DNA of 64,000 bases from Candidatus Bipolaricaulota bacterium (GCA_030550535.1 JAUQPF010000051.1:2974-66973), one strand, 5' to 3'. Counted from the stretch's first letter, positions 27,154 through 37,167 are shown. Notes: generated by a model from the sequence alone, not told the origin. Made by a program: numbers and translations.

Positions 27154-28473
27154 GTGCGCGTCCTTGCGGTGAATTGGGATCTCACGGCTCAAGGATTCGT
27201 GGGGGATGAATTCGCTTCTGCCGAGTCCTTCGCCAGCTTCGACGCGGTCGTTTTGGATCCTGGCCCACTGCCCGAGCTTTGGCTTCCCTGGGCGGAGTTG
27301 ACCCCGGATGGAACGCCCGTGGTCCGTCCTGGTCGGGATTTCGGGTTGGCCCGCGCCCTCCTCAACCTTTTTCTTGCCCGCCAAAAGGAGCTGGAGGACC
27401 TCCTTTTCCGGGGCGGGGGGATCCTGGTGGTGCGGGTGCGGCCCGCCGGCGAAGAGCTCCTCCTCCAAGGGGATCCGCCTCGCAGACTCGATCGCTATGC
27501 CTTCCTCCCCCGCGCCTCTCTGGTGCGCGGCTCCCATCATCTTTCCTTGCCCCAGGGGTTACGTTTTTTGCCCCGGCGTGGAAAGGACGTGCAGGTCATC
27601 GCTTCCCTCCATCCCTTGGCCCCCTTTCTTCAGCGCTACGCTTCCCACGGGTATGAGGCCGTCCTGACCACAGCGCTTGGGGCCCCCCTTTCCGCGTTCG
27701 GGGAGGTCCTCGCCCAAAACCGCGTGGGCGACCCTTTGGCCCTGGACCTGCCCGTGGGGCTTGGCCGCATCCTTTTCGTGCCCGCCTTTCCGGAGGCCGA
27801 GGGGGCGGAGGCCGGAGGGCTTTTGCGCCAAGCCCTGGCGGCTCTTCTTTCCCGTCCGCTTCCTGAGGTCGCGCCCGATTGGCTTCCGAACTACCGCTTG
27901 CCCGGCGAGGAGGAGCTGCAAAAAGCTCAGGAGGAACTGGCTAAAGAAAAGGAGCGGCTTGCGCGAAGGGAGGAGGAGCTGGCCCAGGTGCAAAGGGAGT
28001 TCGATCTTTTGCGCGCTCTGCTCTTCCCGCGGGGGAGGGAGGGGCTGAGCCAGGCCGCGGGCGCGGCCTTCGCGAAGCTCGGTTTTTCTGTGGAGCCAGG
28101 CTCTTCCCCCGTTCATCTCCTTTTGAAGGGCCCGGAGGGGGAGTTCTTGGTGCGCGTGGCCCTGGCGCCCTTTGGGCCCGTGGGGCCCGAGGAGCATCGG
28201 GCCTTGCTTTTGGAGCTCGATAGATTGAGGAACGAGGAACGGAGGGAGGTGCGCGGCCTTCTTCTGTGTCTCGCGGAGCCCGAACGCGATCCGCGCCGTC
28301 GCGGTCCGCAATGGACGGAGGCCGTGGAAAGGGCCAGCCGCGATCACCGCTTCGTCTTGGTGGCGGCGTACGACCTTTTTCGGGCGGCGGCCCAGGCTTT
28401 GGCCGGTGCCGATCCTAACAAAATCCGACGGGAACTTTTCGAAACGGAGGGACCGTGGAGGCCCAGGTTCTGA
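27154..28473 (+). CDS. Hypothetical protein: alpha/beta N-domain, coiled coil, degenerate restriction-endonuclease-like C-domain
   Basis: GTG 7 nt after TACAAT; APDWLPNYRLPGEEELQKAQEEL coiled coil; overlaps the mraY start. Confidence 0.7.
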   Translation: MRVLAVNWDLTAQGFVGDEFASAESFASFDAVVLDPGPLPELWLPWAELTPDGTPVVRPGRDFGLARALLNLFLARQKELEDLLFRGGGILVVRVRPAGEELLLQGDPPRRLDRYAFLPRASLVRGSHHLSLPQGLRFLPRRGKDVQVIASLHPLAPFLQRYASHGYEAVLTTALGAPLSAFGEVLAQNRVGDPLALDLPVGLGRILFVPAFPEAEGAEAGGLLRQALAALLSRPLPEVAPDWLPNYRLPGEEELQKAQEELAKEKERLARREEELAQVQREFDLLRALLFPRGREGLSQAAGAAFAKLGFSVEPGSSPVHLLLKGPEGEFLVRVALAPFGPVGPEEHRALLLELDRLRNEERREVRGLLLCLAEPERDPRRRGPQWTEAVERASRDHRFVLVAAYDLFRAAAQALAGADPNKIRRELFETEGPWRPRF

Positions 28474-29444
28474 AGCTCGGCTTGGTCCTTGGTCTCCTTT
28501 TCCTGCCCATCAGCGCCTGGGCCAGCCCGCGCGTAGCCCAGCGGATCCGGGCCCGCCAACACATCCGCCCCGAAGGGCCCTCCACCCACGGGAAGAAGGC
28601 GGGAACCCCCACCATGGGCGGACTCGTCCCCCTTCTTTTGGTGCTGACTGGGGCCGGCGTCCTTTGGGGCCTCCGCGGGCCGGACGGGCCTAGCCTGTTC
28701 GCCTTGGTCGCCATGCTCCTTGGAGGCCTGATTGGGCTTCTTGACGATCTGCGTTCCCAAAGGGGGCGGCGCTCCACCGGCTTTTTTCCCCATCAGACCC
28801 TGGCTGCTCAGCTTGGCGCCTCCGTGCCGCTCATCTTCCTGGCGGCGCAGCTTCCTCAAGAGGTGCGCCTGCCCTTTACCTCGCTTGTCGTGGGCTTGCC
28901 GAAAGGGGTTTGGGTGCCCCTTTTGATCCTGGGCTTCATGGGCACGGTGAACGGGGTGAACCTTGCGGACGGACTCGATGGCCTGGCCACCGGCCTTTTT
29001 CTCCTCGCCCTCCTGGGTCTGTTTCCGCTTCTTTGGCGGACGGCGAGCCTTGCGGCCTTGGGGTTCCTGGCGTTCGGTGTTGGGCTGGGTTTCCTTTGGG
29101 TCAACGCTCATCCTGCCCGCGTCTTTTTAGGGAACGTGGGCTCCATGGGACTAGGCGGACTCCTCTTCGGCCTGGCTTGGAGCTCCGGCGGCGTCCTCTT
29201 CCTCCCCCTTGTGGGCGGCGTGTTCGTGCTGGAGGGGCTCTCCGATATCTTGCAGGTCGGAAGCTATAAACTTACGGGCGTGCGCCTTTTTAAGATGAGC
29301 CCGTTCCACCATCACCTGGAGGACGTGCCCGTGTCCTGGCCCCATCGCCTGCGCGGCCCCAACTGGCCGGAGCCCAAGGTGGTGGTGCGCCTTTGGGTGG
29401 CCGGTGCGTTCTGCGCCCTTTTGGGAATCCTTGCGCTCCTTTAG
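28455..29444 (+). CDS. mraY: Phospho-N-acetylmuramoyl-pentapeptide transferase
   Basis: KKAGTPTMGG, GLLDD, NGVNLADGLDGL, PARVFLG, MSPFHHHLE. Confidence 0.95.
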   Translation: MEAQVLKLGLVLGLLFLPISAWASPRVAQRIRARQHIRPEGPSTHGKKAGTPTMGGLVPLLLVLTGAGVLWGLRGPDGPSLFALVAMLLGGLIGLLDDLRSQRGRRSTGFFPHQTLAAQLGASVPLIFLAAQLPQEVRLPFTSLVVGLPKGVWVPLLILGFMGTVNGVNLADGLDGLATGLFLLALLGLFPLLWRTASLAALGFLAFGVGLGFLWVNAHPARVFLGNVGSMGLGGLLFGLAWSSGGVLFLPLVGGVFVLEGLSDILQVGSYKLTGVRLFKMSPFHHHLEDVPVSWPHRLRGPNWPEPKVVVRLWVAGAFCALLGILALL

Positions 29445-29764
29445 GGCCAAATCTCTTTCCCTGTGCGCACGGCTTCCCGCACCACGGTGATCTTCTCCGC
29501 CCGCTCCGCGAACTCTTTGGGCGTGAGCGGGATCGGCTCGAGCCCCACCTCCAGCTCCCAAAGCTCCAGGATGCGGCGCACGCGTTCCGGGTAGGGCAGC
29601 CCTTGAAACGCGGGGGAAACGAGGATTAGATCGTAATCAGAGTGCAGAAGCTCCTCGCGGCGAGCCCGGGAGCCAAAGAGGAAAGCTCGTTCCAAGGGAA
29701 AAACCGCGTGCACGCGCCAAAGGAAGTTTTTCAGCCCTTCCCAGTCAACGCCGAGGTGGCCCAT
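29441..29764 (-). CDS. Minimal nucleotidyltransferase (MNT)
   Basis: LFGSRAR...SDYDLILVS. Confidence 0.88.
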   Translation of the reverse strand: MGHLGVDWEGLKNFLWRVHAVFPLERAFLFGSRARREELLHSDYDLILVSPAFQGLPYPERVRRILELWELEVGLEPIPLTPKEFAERAEKITVVREAVRTGKEIWP

Positions 29765-30120
29765 GTTCGCACCTCTTGAGCCACGGAAAGAAGGCTTTCC
29801 GCTTTGCGTCGATCGTAGTTTTCCGCGGGTACCCCATTGGCCGCGTCGGGATACCGCGAGGCCACGTATTCCGGGTTCAAAACGCGCAGGGCGTGCATGA
29901 CCTCCTCAGGCGCACCCAAAAGCTTCCCCAGCTCCACGAGGTTGTGGGTCTTGGGAGGAAGCTCACGTTTGGTCTCGATGTACACGGCTTTGAGCCACTT
30001 TTCCGCAGCTTGGTGGCAGAGGAAAGCCGCGGCGAAGAAGACCCCGGCCTCCCACATCCTGCGGGCGGCCTCGAGGTCGTGCTCCCCTTGGGTCCACCAG
30101 GCCTGAGCTTCCGGGCGCAT
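29731..30120 (-). CDS. HEPN-domain protein
   Basis: FLCHQAAEKWLKA, KTHNL, SRYPD; paired with MNT. Confidence 0.9.
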   Translation of the reverse strand: MRPEAQAWWTQGEHDLEAARRMWEAGVFFAAAFLCHQAAEKWLKAVYIETKRELPPKTHNLVELGKLLGAPEEVMHALRVLNPEYVASRYPDAANGVPAENYDRRKAESLLSVAQEVRTWATSALTGKG

Positions 30121-31139
30121 TAGAGCTCCTTAAGCCGGCGTTTCAGTTCCTGAATGGGGCGCACCGGCGTAGGATCGACCCCGTTGAGGAGCGCCAAATA
30201 GAAGCTCACCCAGTCGCCAAAATACAGGAGCCAAAGGGCTTGGGAAAGGGCATCCTCACCCTCCCCCCACACCTCAAAAAAGGCCAGGCCACGGGAGGAG
30301 AGCACCTCCTTGAGAATTTCCACGCGTTTGGCGACACGGGGATGATCGAAGGAGGTGCGGAGGAAGATTACAATTCCCTGCGCAAACACTTTTGTTGCGA
30401 GCTCATAGCCCACGATCTCGTTGTGGCAAAGCTCGGGAAGCTCCGCCCAGTACGCGGGCTGTTTGGCGTTTTCGTTGATCTGGGTTTTCCAGCGGTAGGC
30501 CACGGGTCCCGTGATGCCCGCCCCGTAGATCACCGGGACTTTTTGGAACAGGGCCTGGGCGAGGGTCTGCGCCGCGTTTTCGTTGTGATCAGGCAAGCAG
30601 GCCTCCCGAAGCCTGCGGAGAAGCGGGGCGACGGCAAAGGGATTTCCCTGAAGGTGGCCCAAGCGGGAAAAGCAGCCCAAAAGGGGGAAGAGGAGGAAGG
30701 CCAGGGCCGCGCGGGGTTGGAACCCCGGGGGCACGGGCACCCACGGGATTTCCCACTCCTCGCAAAGGGCGGCGAGGGCCCCGCCGGTGGTGAGGGCCAC
30801 GGCCCGTCGGGTGCGTCGGAGGCCCTCCCGAAAAGCGCTCAGGGTCTCCTCGGTTTCCCCGGAGTAGGAGATGGCGACAAGCAGGGTGTCCGCGTTCACC
30901 CAGCCTGGGAGCGCGTAATCCCGTACGGTCACCACGGGAACGGTGGCGAAGCGAGCCAGAAGATCGCCGGCGATGGCCGATCCCCCCATGCCCAGGACCA
31001 CGGCGTTTTTGAAGCCCTGAACGCTGTTGGGAACCCGACAAGCCAGTCCGAGGGCCCGCTCGATCTGTTCAGGAAAATCTCGGAGGGCCCAAAGCATCTT
31101 GCCCTCGTCCAAAGCCAAGAGATCTTGCCAGTTGAGCAT
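30120..31139 (-). CDS. Bifunctional phosphoglucose/phosphomannose isomerase
   Basis: GMGGSAIAGD, SYSGETEET, RWKTQINENAK, PELCHNE. Confidence 0.95.
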   Translation of the reverse strand: MLNWQDLLALDEGKMLWALRDFPEQIERALGLACRVPNSVQGFKNAVVLGMGGSAIAGDLLARFATVPVVTVRDYALPGWVNADTLLVAISYSGETEETLSAFREGLRRTRRAVALTTGGALAALCEEWEIPWVPVPPGFQPRAALAFLLFPLLGCFSRLGHLQGNPFAVAPLLRRLREACLPDHNENAAQTLAQALFQKVPVIYGAGITGPVAYRWKTQINENAKQPAYWAELPELCHNEIVGYELATKVFAQGIVIFLRTSFDHPRVAKRVEILKEVLSSRGLAFFEVWGEGEDALSQALWLLYFGDWVSFYLALLNGVDPTPVRPIQELKRRLKEL

Positions 31140-31156
31140 GTTCGAAGTTTACTCCT

Positions 31157-31942
31157 TCAGCCTGGGTTTTGGGCCACCGCTACACACCGTCGCGACTCGA
31201 GGCCCAAGGGCCCCATATCAAGTCCGCCGTACGCCGCACAATATTTCCAACCCGCTTCCTGAAGCATATGGATGAGCTCGTGCAGGGCGTAAGCACGGAG
31301 GTTCATCGTGGCCATCCCGGCATAGCGCCAGCCCTCTCCCTCGGGCAGGAAGAAAAACCAGCGGGAGGAAATGCGAGAAGTGACAAGGTCGAAGGAGATT
31401 TCCTGTACGATCATGTGGCTTTTGGTCATGCCAACGTGGATTGGCTGGAAAGACCGGATGATTCGGTCGCGGGGAAACGGATCGAGGACGAAAACCCCAC
31501 CTGGGCGTAAAAGCTCCCGCACTGAGGTGAAGAACTTTTGGTCCTCTTCCTCGCTGTAGTAGCCGACGAAGGAGGAGAACAGGCAAAGGGCCGCGTCAAA
31601 ACCCTTGTGCGGGAAGTTTTGAAGCTGTCGAGCGTCCCAAAGCACGAAAGCCGCTCGATCTTGCACGTCGGCCTCTTTGGCCAAGATTTGCGCTCTTTCC
31701 AAGAATCTTAGGGAGAAGTCCACGCCCACGACGTTATAACCGCGTTTGGCCAAGGCCACGCTGTGCCGACCGATGCCGCAGCACAGGTCGATGATCCTGG
31801 CGGCTGCGGGGACACCGTGCGTGGCGAGGAGTTTGACGAGGTGATCTGCTTCCGCTTCGGCCTGCGCAAGCCGCTCCTCCAGCTGCAGAAGGTATAAATC
31901 CGCTTTTTCCACGAAGAGCTCGTGCGGCCAATCTTCCGTCAT
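31157..31942 (-). CDS. Class I SAM-dependent methyltransferase
   Basis: IIDLCCGIGRHS, VVGVDFS, LRPGGVFVLD. Confidence 0.9.
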   Translation of the reverse strand: MTEDWPHELFVEKADLYLLQLEERLAQAEAEADHLVKLLATHGVPAAARIIDLCCGIGRHSVALAKRGYNVVGVDFSLRFLERAQILAKEADVQDRAAFVLWDARQLQNFPHKGFDAALCLFSSFVGYYSEEEDQKFFTSVRELLRPGGVFVLDPFPRDRIIRSFQPIHVGMTKSHMIVQEISFDLVTSRISSRWFFFLPEGEGWRYAGMATMNLRAYALHELIHMLQEAGWKYCAAYGGLDMGPLGLESRRCVAVAQNPG

Positions 31943-31964
31943 TTCGCACCCCCCTATGCTTATG

Positions 31965-32534
31965 CTAAATCCCTGGGTTTGAGAAGGGGAGCTCGGTGGG
32001 CGGGAGTTTCTCCGCAAGCTCGGGCTTGAGGATCACCCAAGGTTTTGGGGCGAGCACGATGGCCCCGGGCGGCACGTCGTCCCGCACCACCGCGCCAGCG
32101 CCGATGCGCGCGTTCTTGCCCACCCGAATCGGCCCAAGAAGCACGGCGTTCGCCCCGATCACCACCCCCGCCTCCACCGTGGGATGCCGCTTCTTCTTTT
32201 CCGTGGAAACGCCGCCGAGCACCACTCCAGAATAGATATGCACGTCGTCGCCGATCTCCGCGGTCTCCCCAATCACCACGCCCATCCCGTGGTCAATGGT
32301 CACTCGTCTCCCCAGCTTCGCTCCGGGATGGATCTCCACGCCCGTAAGGAGGCGCACGAGGTGGGCGAGTAAACGGGCAAGAAAACGCAAACGGTGTTGC
32401 CAAAGCCAGTGGTTGAGGCGGTGGGCCCAGATCGCCTGCATCCCAGGGTAAAAGAGGAGGACCTCGAGGGCATTACGGGCCGCGGGATCCCGGGCAAGGA
32501 CCGCACGGATGTCCTCACGAATTCCCCGAAACAT
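31965..32534 (-). CDS. cysE: Serine O-acetyltransferase
   Basis: [32 protein letters not shown]. Confidence 0.96.
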   Translation of the reverse strand: MFRGIREDIRAVLARDPAARNALEVLLFYPGMQAIWAHRLNHWLWQHRLRFLARLLAHLVRLLTGVEIHPGAKLGRRVTIDHGMGVVIGETAEIGDDVHIYSGVVLGGVSTEKKKRHPTVEAGVVIGANAVLLGPIRVGKNARIGAGAVVRDDVPPGAIVLAPKPWVILKPELAEKLPPTELPFSNPGI

Positions 32535-33468
32535 GGTTTCCTCCAAAGTTTCCGCCGAAAAGGCCGGTGGAGAGGTAGCGTTCCCCGGTGTCGGGAAGGA
32601 TCACGACGAGCACTTTTCCGGCGCTATCGGGGCGTGCCGCCACTTTCAGGGCTGCCGCCACCGCGGCTCCCGAGGATATCCCCACCAAAAGCCCTTCCTC
32701 TCGGGCGAGCCGGCGGGTGGTCTCCACGGCCTCCTCGTCCGTCACGGGGATGACCTCATCGATGACGGAACGATCCAAAACCCTCGGGACGAAGCCCGCG
32801 CCGATGCCCTGGATGCGGTGCCGCCCGGGCTTCCCACCCGAAAGGACCGGCGAAGCCGCGGGCTCCACCGCGACCACCCTCACGCTCGGTTTACGGGCCT
32901 TGAGCACGCGCCCCACCCCGGTGAGCGTGCCGCCCGTGCCCACCCCAGCCACAAAGATGTCCACCCTCCCCTCCGTGTCGTTCCAGATTTCCTCCGCCGT
33001 GGTCCGCTCGTGGATCTTGGGGTTCGCGGGATTTTCAAACTGGTGGGGCATGAAGGCGCCGTAACGCTTGGCCAATTCGTGGGCGGCACGCACTGCTCCC
33101 GCCATTCCCTCCTCCGCTGGGGTGAGCACGAGCTCCGCCCCCAAAGCCTGAAGGATGGCCCGCCGCTCCAGACTCATCGTCTCGGGCATGGTGAGGATAA
33201 GCCGATACCCTCGGATGGCGCACACAAAAGCTAGGCCGATTCCGGTGTTTCCGGAGGTTGGCTCCACCACGATCCCTCCAGGCCGAAGAAGCCCTCGTTC
33301 CTCGGCGTCGCGGATCATGGCCCAGGCAATGCGGTCCTTCACGCTTCCCAAGGGGTTTTTGGACTCAAGCTTCCCCAGGATCTCACACGGAAGCCCTTTC
33401 CCAATGCGAGAAAGCCGCACAAGAGGGGTATTCCCAATGAGGTCGAGCGCACTTTCCGCCACCCGCAT
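32515..33468 (-). CDS. cysK: Cysteine synthase A
   Basis: [36 protein letters not shown]. Confidence 0.97.
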   Translation of the reverse strand: MRVAESALDLIGNTPLVRLSRIGKGLPCEILGKLESKNPLGSVKDRIAWAMIRDAEERGLLRPGGIVVEPTSGNTGIGLAFVCAIRGYRLILTMPETMSLERRAILQALGAELVLTPAEEGMAGAVRAAHELAKRYGAFMPHQFENPANPKIHERTTAEEIWNDTEGRVDIFVAGVGTGGTLTGVGRVLKARKPSVRVVAVEPAASPVLSGGKPGRHRIQGIGAGFVPRVLDRSVIDEVIPVTDEEAVETTRRLAREEGLLVGISSGAAVAAALKVAARPDSAGKVLVVILPDTGERYLSTGLFGGNFGGNHVSGNS

Positions 33469-33544
33469 TTCCCCTCCTTTCGCCCTTTGCGCGCAAAAAC
33501 CCAAGCACCCTTGCGGAGACGTAACCGAACGGGGAAAAAGCGGG

Positions 33545-33625
33545 CTAGCGGCTACACAAGGGGGCGAAGGTCCAAGGGCCAAGGAGTCTACGGGCCGAAA
33601 ACGCTGGGCTTACCCTCTTCGTCAT
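33545..33625 (-). CDS. Candidate 26-aa leader peptide [26 protein letters not shown]
   Basis: Lies between a strong promoter and cysK; SD-like GGGGGTGA; a single Cys near the end; its 3' half is complementary to the cysK SD region. Confidence 0.55.
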   Translation of the reverse strand: MTKRVSPAFSARRLLGPWTFAPLCSR

Positions 33626-33646
33626 CCTTCACCCCCGTCGGTGTGC

Positions 33647-33675
33647 ACTATAGGGCGGAAATGGGGCCGCGTCAA
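33647..33675 (-). promoter_or_regulatory. Sigma70 promoter of the cysK operon
   Basis: TTGACG-N17-TATAGT; the -35 box overlaps the hypF stop. Confidence 0.75.
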
Positions 33676-35915
33676 TAGCGGGCTTGCCCCAAGAGCCAGG
33701 AAGCCTGCAGGAGTTGGCCGAAGGAGAGGCCTCCGTCGCCGGGGGGAACCCTGCGGTGGGCGAGGAACCGAAGCCCCGCCCTTTCCACCTCCTCCCTCAC
33801 CGTCTGGCTCAAGGCGAAGTTCACGGCCGCTCCCCCCGTGATCCCCACCCTCGGGATCCCCGCCTCTTGGGCCGCGCCCACGGCGATGCGCGCAAGCCCC
33901 CGCGCGAGCGCGGCCTGGGCTGTGGCCGCGAGGTCCTCGGGCCGCGCCCCCTTCTTTCGGAGCTTCCAGAGCTCCCGAAAGAGGGCCACGGTGTCCACCA
34001 CGAGCCCTCCGCCGCTTGGGACGAGGGGCGGCTCCAGGGGGAGGGCTCGACCCTTGGCGGCGAAGGCCTCCAATTTCATGGCCGGCTCGCCTTCATACGT
34101 ACGTTCCTTACAGATCCCAAGCCAGGCGGCCACCGCGTCCAAAAACCTTCCCGCACTTGTGGCAAGCGGCGCGTTCACCCCCCTTTCGATCTGCGCTAGA
34201 ACCAGCTGGAGCTCCTCCTTGGGGAGTCCGGACTCCTCGGGCGGAAGTCCGGCGGCGAAGAGGAGGCTTGCGGCCATGCGGCCAGGGCGGAGGGCCGCGA
34301 GATCCCCTCCCGGCATGGGCACGGGCCGAAGGTGCCCCACCCGCTTGAACTCCCCACGGCGCCAAAGGATCACCTCTCCCCCCCACGCCGTGCCGTCCAC
34401 GCCGTACCCGTAACCATCCATGGCGATGCCCACGAGCTCCTGGACCCTATGTTCTCCGGCCAGCCCCGCTACATGGGCCACGTGGTGCTGGACAGGAATG
34501 GCTTCGCCCAGCTCTTCCGCGAGCCTTCGCGTGGGAAAAGCGGGATGGAGATCGCACGCGATTTTCCTGGGCAGGGAAAGGCCCAAGAGCCGGAGGAAAT
34601 GGTCCAAGGCCTCGCGCAGGAACTCCAGGGTCTCGAGTTCCTCAGTGTTCCCGATGTGCTGGGAGAGGAAGATCTTCCCACGGGCGTAGAGGGCAAAGGT
34701 CACGTTGAGGTCTCCGCCCAGGGCGAGGAGGGGCTCCTCCCCCAGATCAAGGGGGATGGGCTCGGGGACCCAGCCGCGGGAGCGGCGTAGGAACACCGGC
34801 CCTGTGGGCCCCATTCGCACCACGGAGTCATCGCAGCGGGCCACGATCCGGCGGTTGTGGAGGAGGAAGGCGTCCGCTACCGAAGCGAGCTCCTCAAGAA
34901 TACGGACGTTTTCGATGAGCATGGGCCGCCCAGGGAAATTGGCGCTCGTCATGACCAGGGGGAAGGGAAGGCCGCGCAAAAGGAGGTGATGGAGCCCACT
35001 GTAGGGGAGCATGACCCCTACGGTGTGGAGGCCTGGGGCCACGGAGGGCGCAAGGTACCCGGGTTTATGGAGGAGCACGACGATGGGCCGTCGAGGGGAG
35101 CGCAAAAGCTTCCACTCCTCCTCGTTAGGCTCAGCGAAAAGCGGGATTTGATCTTCCCGGGCCATGAGGGCGAAGGGCTGAGCCGGCCGGCCCAATCGCC
35201 GCCGAAGCTCCGCCACCACCTCCTCCCGTGTGGCCTCGCAGGCCAAGTGCGTCCCCCCCAAACCCTTGATGGCCAAGATCCTCCCCTCCCTCAGGGCCTC
35301 CAGGGCCAGGAGGATGGGGTCCCCAGGGATCTCGCGGCCCTCCCTCACGAACGAAAGCTTGGGCCCACAGGCTGGACAGGCGATGGTTTGCGCATGGTAA
35401 CGACGATCCAGGGGATCCTTGTAGTCGCGCTCGCACTCCGGGCACAGGGGGAAATCGCGGAACGCCGTGCGCGGACGGTCGTAGGGCAAGGCCTCCACCA
35501 CCGTGAACCTGGGGCCGCAGTCCGTGCAGCTCGTGGCCCAATACCCGTGAAAGCGGCTGTTGGGGTCCAGGATATCGCGTAGGCAGTGGGGACAAGTGGC
35601 CGTATCCGGGGGGATCAGCCCGGAGCCCTCGCCGCTGTCCCGTGAAGGGAGGATGCGGAACGTGCGTTCCCCCGAGGGCGCAAGCTTTTGGATGTTTATC
35701 CGTTCAATTTCCGCAAGCGGGGGCTTTTCCTCCCGCAGCGCCGCGAGAAATTGGTCCAGGGCCGAGGGCGGCCCCTCCACCTCGATCTCCACCCCGGCCT
35801 CGCCCAGGTTGCGCACATACCCGGAGAGCCCATGGCGCACGGCGATCCGGTAAACGAAGGGACGAAAACCCACACCCTGAACGGTGCCCTCAACCTGAAT
35901 GCGTAGGCGCTGCAT
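33672..35915 (-). CDS. hypF: Hydrogenase maturation carbamoyltransferase
   Basis: GTVQGVGFRPFV, CxxC zinc fingers, QHHVAH, DGYGYG, PPGDGGLSFGQ. Confidence 0.97.
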   Translation of the reverse strand: MQRLRIQVEGTVQGVGFRPFVYRIAVRHGLSGYVRNLGEAGVEIEVEGPPSALDQFLAALREEKPPLAEIERINIQKLAPSGERTFRILPSRDSGEGSGLIPPDTATCPHCLRDILDPNSRFHGYWATSCTDCGPRFTVVEALPYDRPRTAFRDFPLCPECERDYKDPLDRRYHAQTIACPACGPKLSFVREGREIPGDPILLALEALREGRILAIKGLGGTHLACEATREEVVAELRRRLGRPAQPFALMAREDQIPLFAEPNEEEWKLLRSPRRPIVVLLHKPGYLAPSVAPGLHTVGVMLPYSGLHHLLLRGLPFPLVMTSANFPGRPMLIENVRILEELASVADAFLLHNRRIVARCDDSVVRMGPTGPVFLRRSRGWVPEPIPLDLGEEPLLALGGDLNVTFALYARGKIFLSQHIGNTEELETLEFLREALDHFLRLLGLSLPRKIACDLHPAFPTRRLAEELGEAIPVQHHVAHVAGLAGEHRVQELVGIAMDGYGYGVDGTAWGGEVILWRRGEFKRVGHLRPVPMPGGDLAALRPGRMAASLLFAAGLPPEESGLPKEELQLVLAQIERGVNAPLATSAGRFLDAVAAWLGICKERTYEGEPAMKLEAFAAKGRALPLEPPLVPSGGGLVVDTVALFRELWKLRKKGARPEDLAATAQAALARGLARIAVGAAQEAGIPRVGITGGAAVNFALSQTVREEVERAGLRFLAHRRVPPGDGGLSFGQLLQASWLLGQARY

Positions 35916-36003
35916 GGAACAGCAAGTATAGCGGCCACTTGTCCGCTTTCGCGGGGTCGGCGGGCCTTCTTTCCCCCGTTCAAGGGGGCTTGAAATTAGG
36001 GCC

Positions 36004-37083
36004 ATGGTTCACGCGGAGGTGGACCTCCGGGCGATCCGCGCAAACCTCGAGCGCCTGCGGGATTGGCTCCCCAAACGCGTGGCCCTCATGTTCGTGGTCA
36101 AGGAGGACGCTTACGGGCACGGCCTTGGGCCCGTGGCGAGGATCGCCGCGGAAGTGGTGGACTGGTTTGGGGTGGCCCACGTGGAGGAGGCCCGGGCTTT
36201 GCGCGCGGCCGGCCTTTCCCACCCCATTTTCCTCATGATCCCCCCCGTGGGCGAGGAGCTCGTGGAGGCCATCCGTCAAGGTTTTCATATCCCGCTTGGG
36301 GACCTGGGCATGGTGGCGGAGGTGCGGGAGGCGGCGCGCCGGGCCGGCCGGAAAGCCTTGGTGCACTTGGAGATCGACACGGGGATGGGCCGCTTCGGCC
36401 TCCTTCCTGAGGAGGCCGAAAAGGCCTTGGCGCTTTTTGACCCCCAACACCTGGAGCTCGCGGGGATCTTCTCCCACCTTTCCTCGGCGTATGGGACGAC
36501 GCCCGAGGATCTGGAGTTCACCCGAGCGCAGGTATGGTGGTTCCGAAAGATCCTGCAGGAGTGGGAGGGGCGGGTGGAGGCCCCCTGGAAGCATTTGGCC
36601 AACTCCGCCGCGGTTTTGGCCTTCCATGAGGCCACGGCGCCGCCCCTGAACATGGTGCGGGTGGGCACTGCGGCCTACGGCTACCCTGAGGGGCCGGCGA
36701 AACCCCCTGTTCCCCTCAAACCCGCGGCCCGGGTATGGACGCGGATCGCCGCGGTGCGCGAGGTGCCGGCGGGTTGGCCCGTGGGCTACGGCCGCACCTT
36801 CGTCACGGAGAAGCCGGCGAGGCTCGCCATCCTCGCCGCGGGCTACAGCCATGGCCTTCGCCCCGAACTCCGCGACGTCCTCGTACGGGAGCGGCGCGCG
36901 CCCCTCGTGGGGAAGATCGCCATGGACACCGTGGCCTGTGACGTGACCGAGGTTTTTCGGGTGCATAGGGGGGATCCCGCGGTGCTGTTCGGGCCCGAGG
37001 TGGAACGGCCCGGTTGGGTTTGCCCTATATTGGTTCCCGTCCTTCTTTCCGCGCGGCGAAGTTTTGTGGGGGCTGAAAAATAA
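36004..37083 (+). CDS. alr: Alanine racemase
   Basis: VVKEDAYGHG, IDTGMGRFG, HLANSAA, VGYG. Confidence 0.92.
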   Translation: MVHAEVDLRAIRANLERLRDWLPKRVALMFVVKEDAYGHGLGPVARIAAEVVDWFGVAHVEEARALRAAGLSHPIFLMIPPVGEELVEAIRQGFHIPLGDLGMVAEVREAARRAGRKALVHLEIDTGMGRFGLLPEEAEKALALFDPQHLELAGIFSHLSSAYGTTPEDLEFTRAQVWWFRKILQEWEGRVEAPWKHLANSAAVLAFHEATAPPLNMVRVGTAAYGYPEGPAKPPVPLKPAARVWTRIAAVREVPAGWPVGYGRTFVTEKPARLAILAAGYSHGLRPELRDVLVRERRAPLVGKIAMDTVACDVTEVFRVHRGDPAVLFGPEVERPGWVCPILVPVLLSARRSFVGAEK

Positions 37084-37087
37084 AAAC

Positions 37088-37165
37088 TGGTACGCCCGGC
37101 AGGATTTGAACCTGCGACCTCTGGCTCCGGAGGCCAGCGCTCTGTCCGGGCTGAGCTACGGGCGC
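37088..37165 (-). tRNA. tRNA-Arg(CCG), CCA encoded
   Basis: GCGCCCGTAGCTCAG...CT-CCG-GA...GGTTCAAATCC...GGGCGTACCA. Confidence 0.96.
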
Positions 37166-37167
37166 TG

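Noticed and set aside
33469..33646. T-box or SAM riboswitch before cysK
   Set aside because: No TGGNACC bulge motif or SAM-I core was seen; the uORF/anti-SD model fits better.
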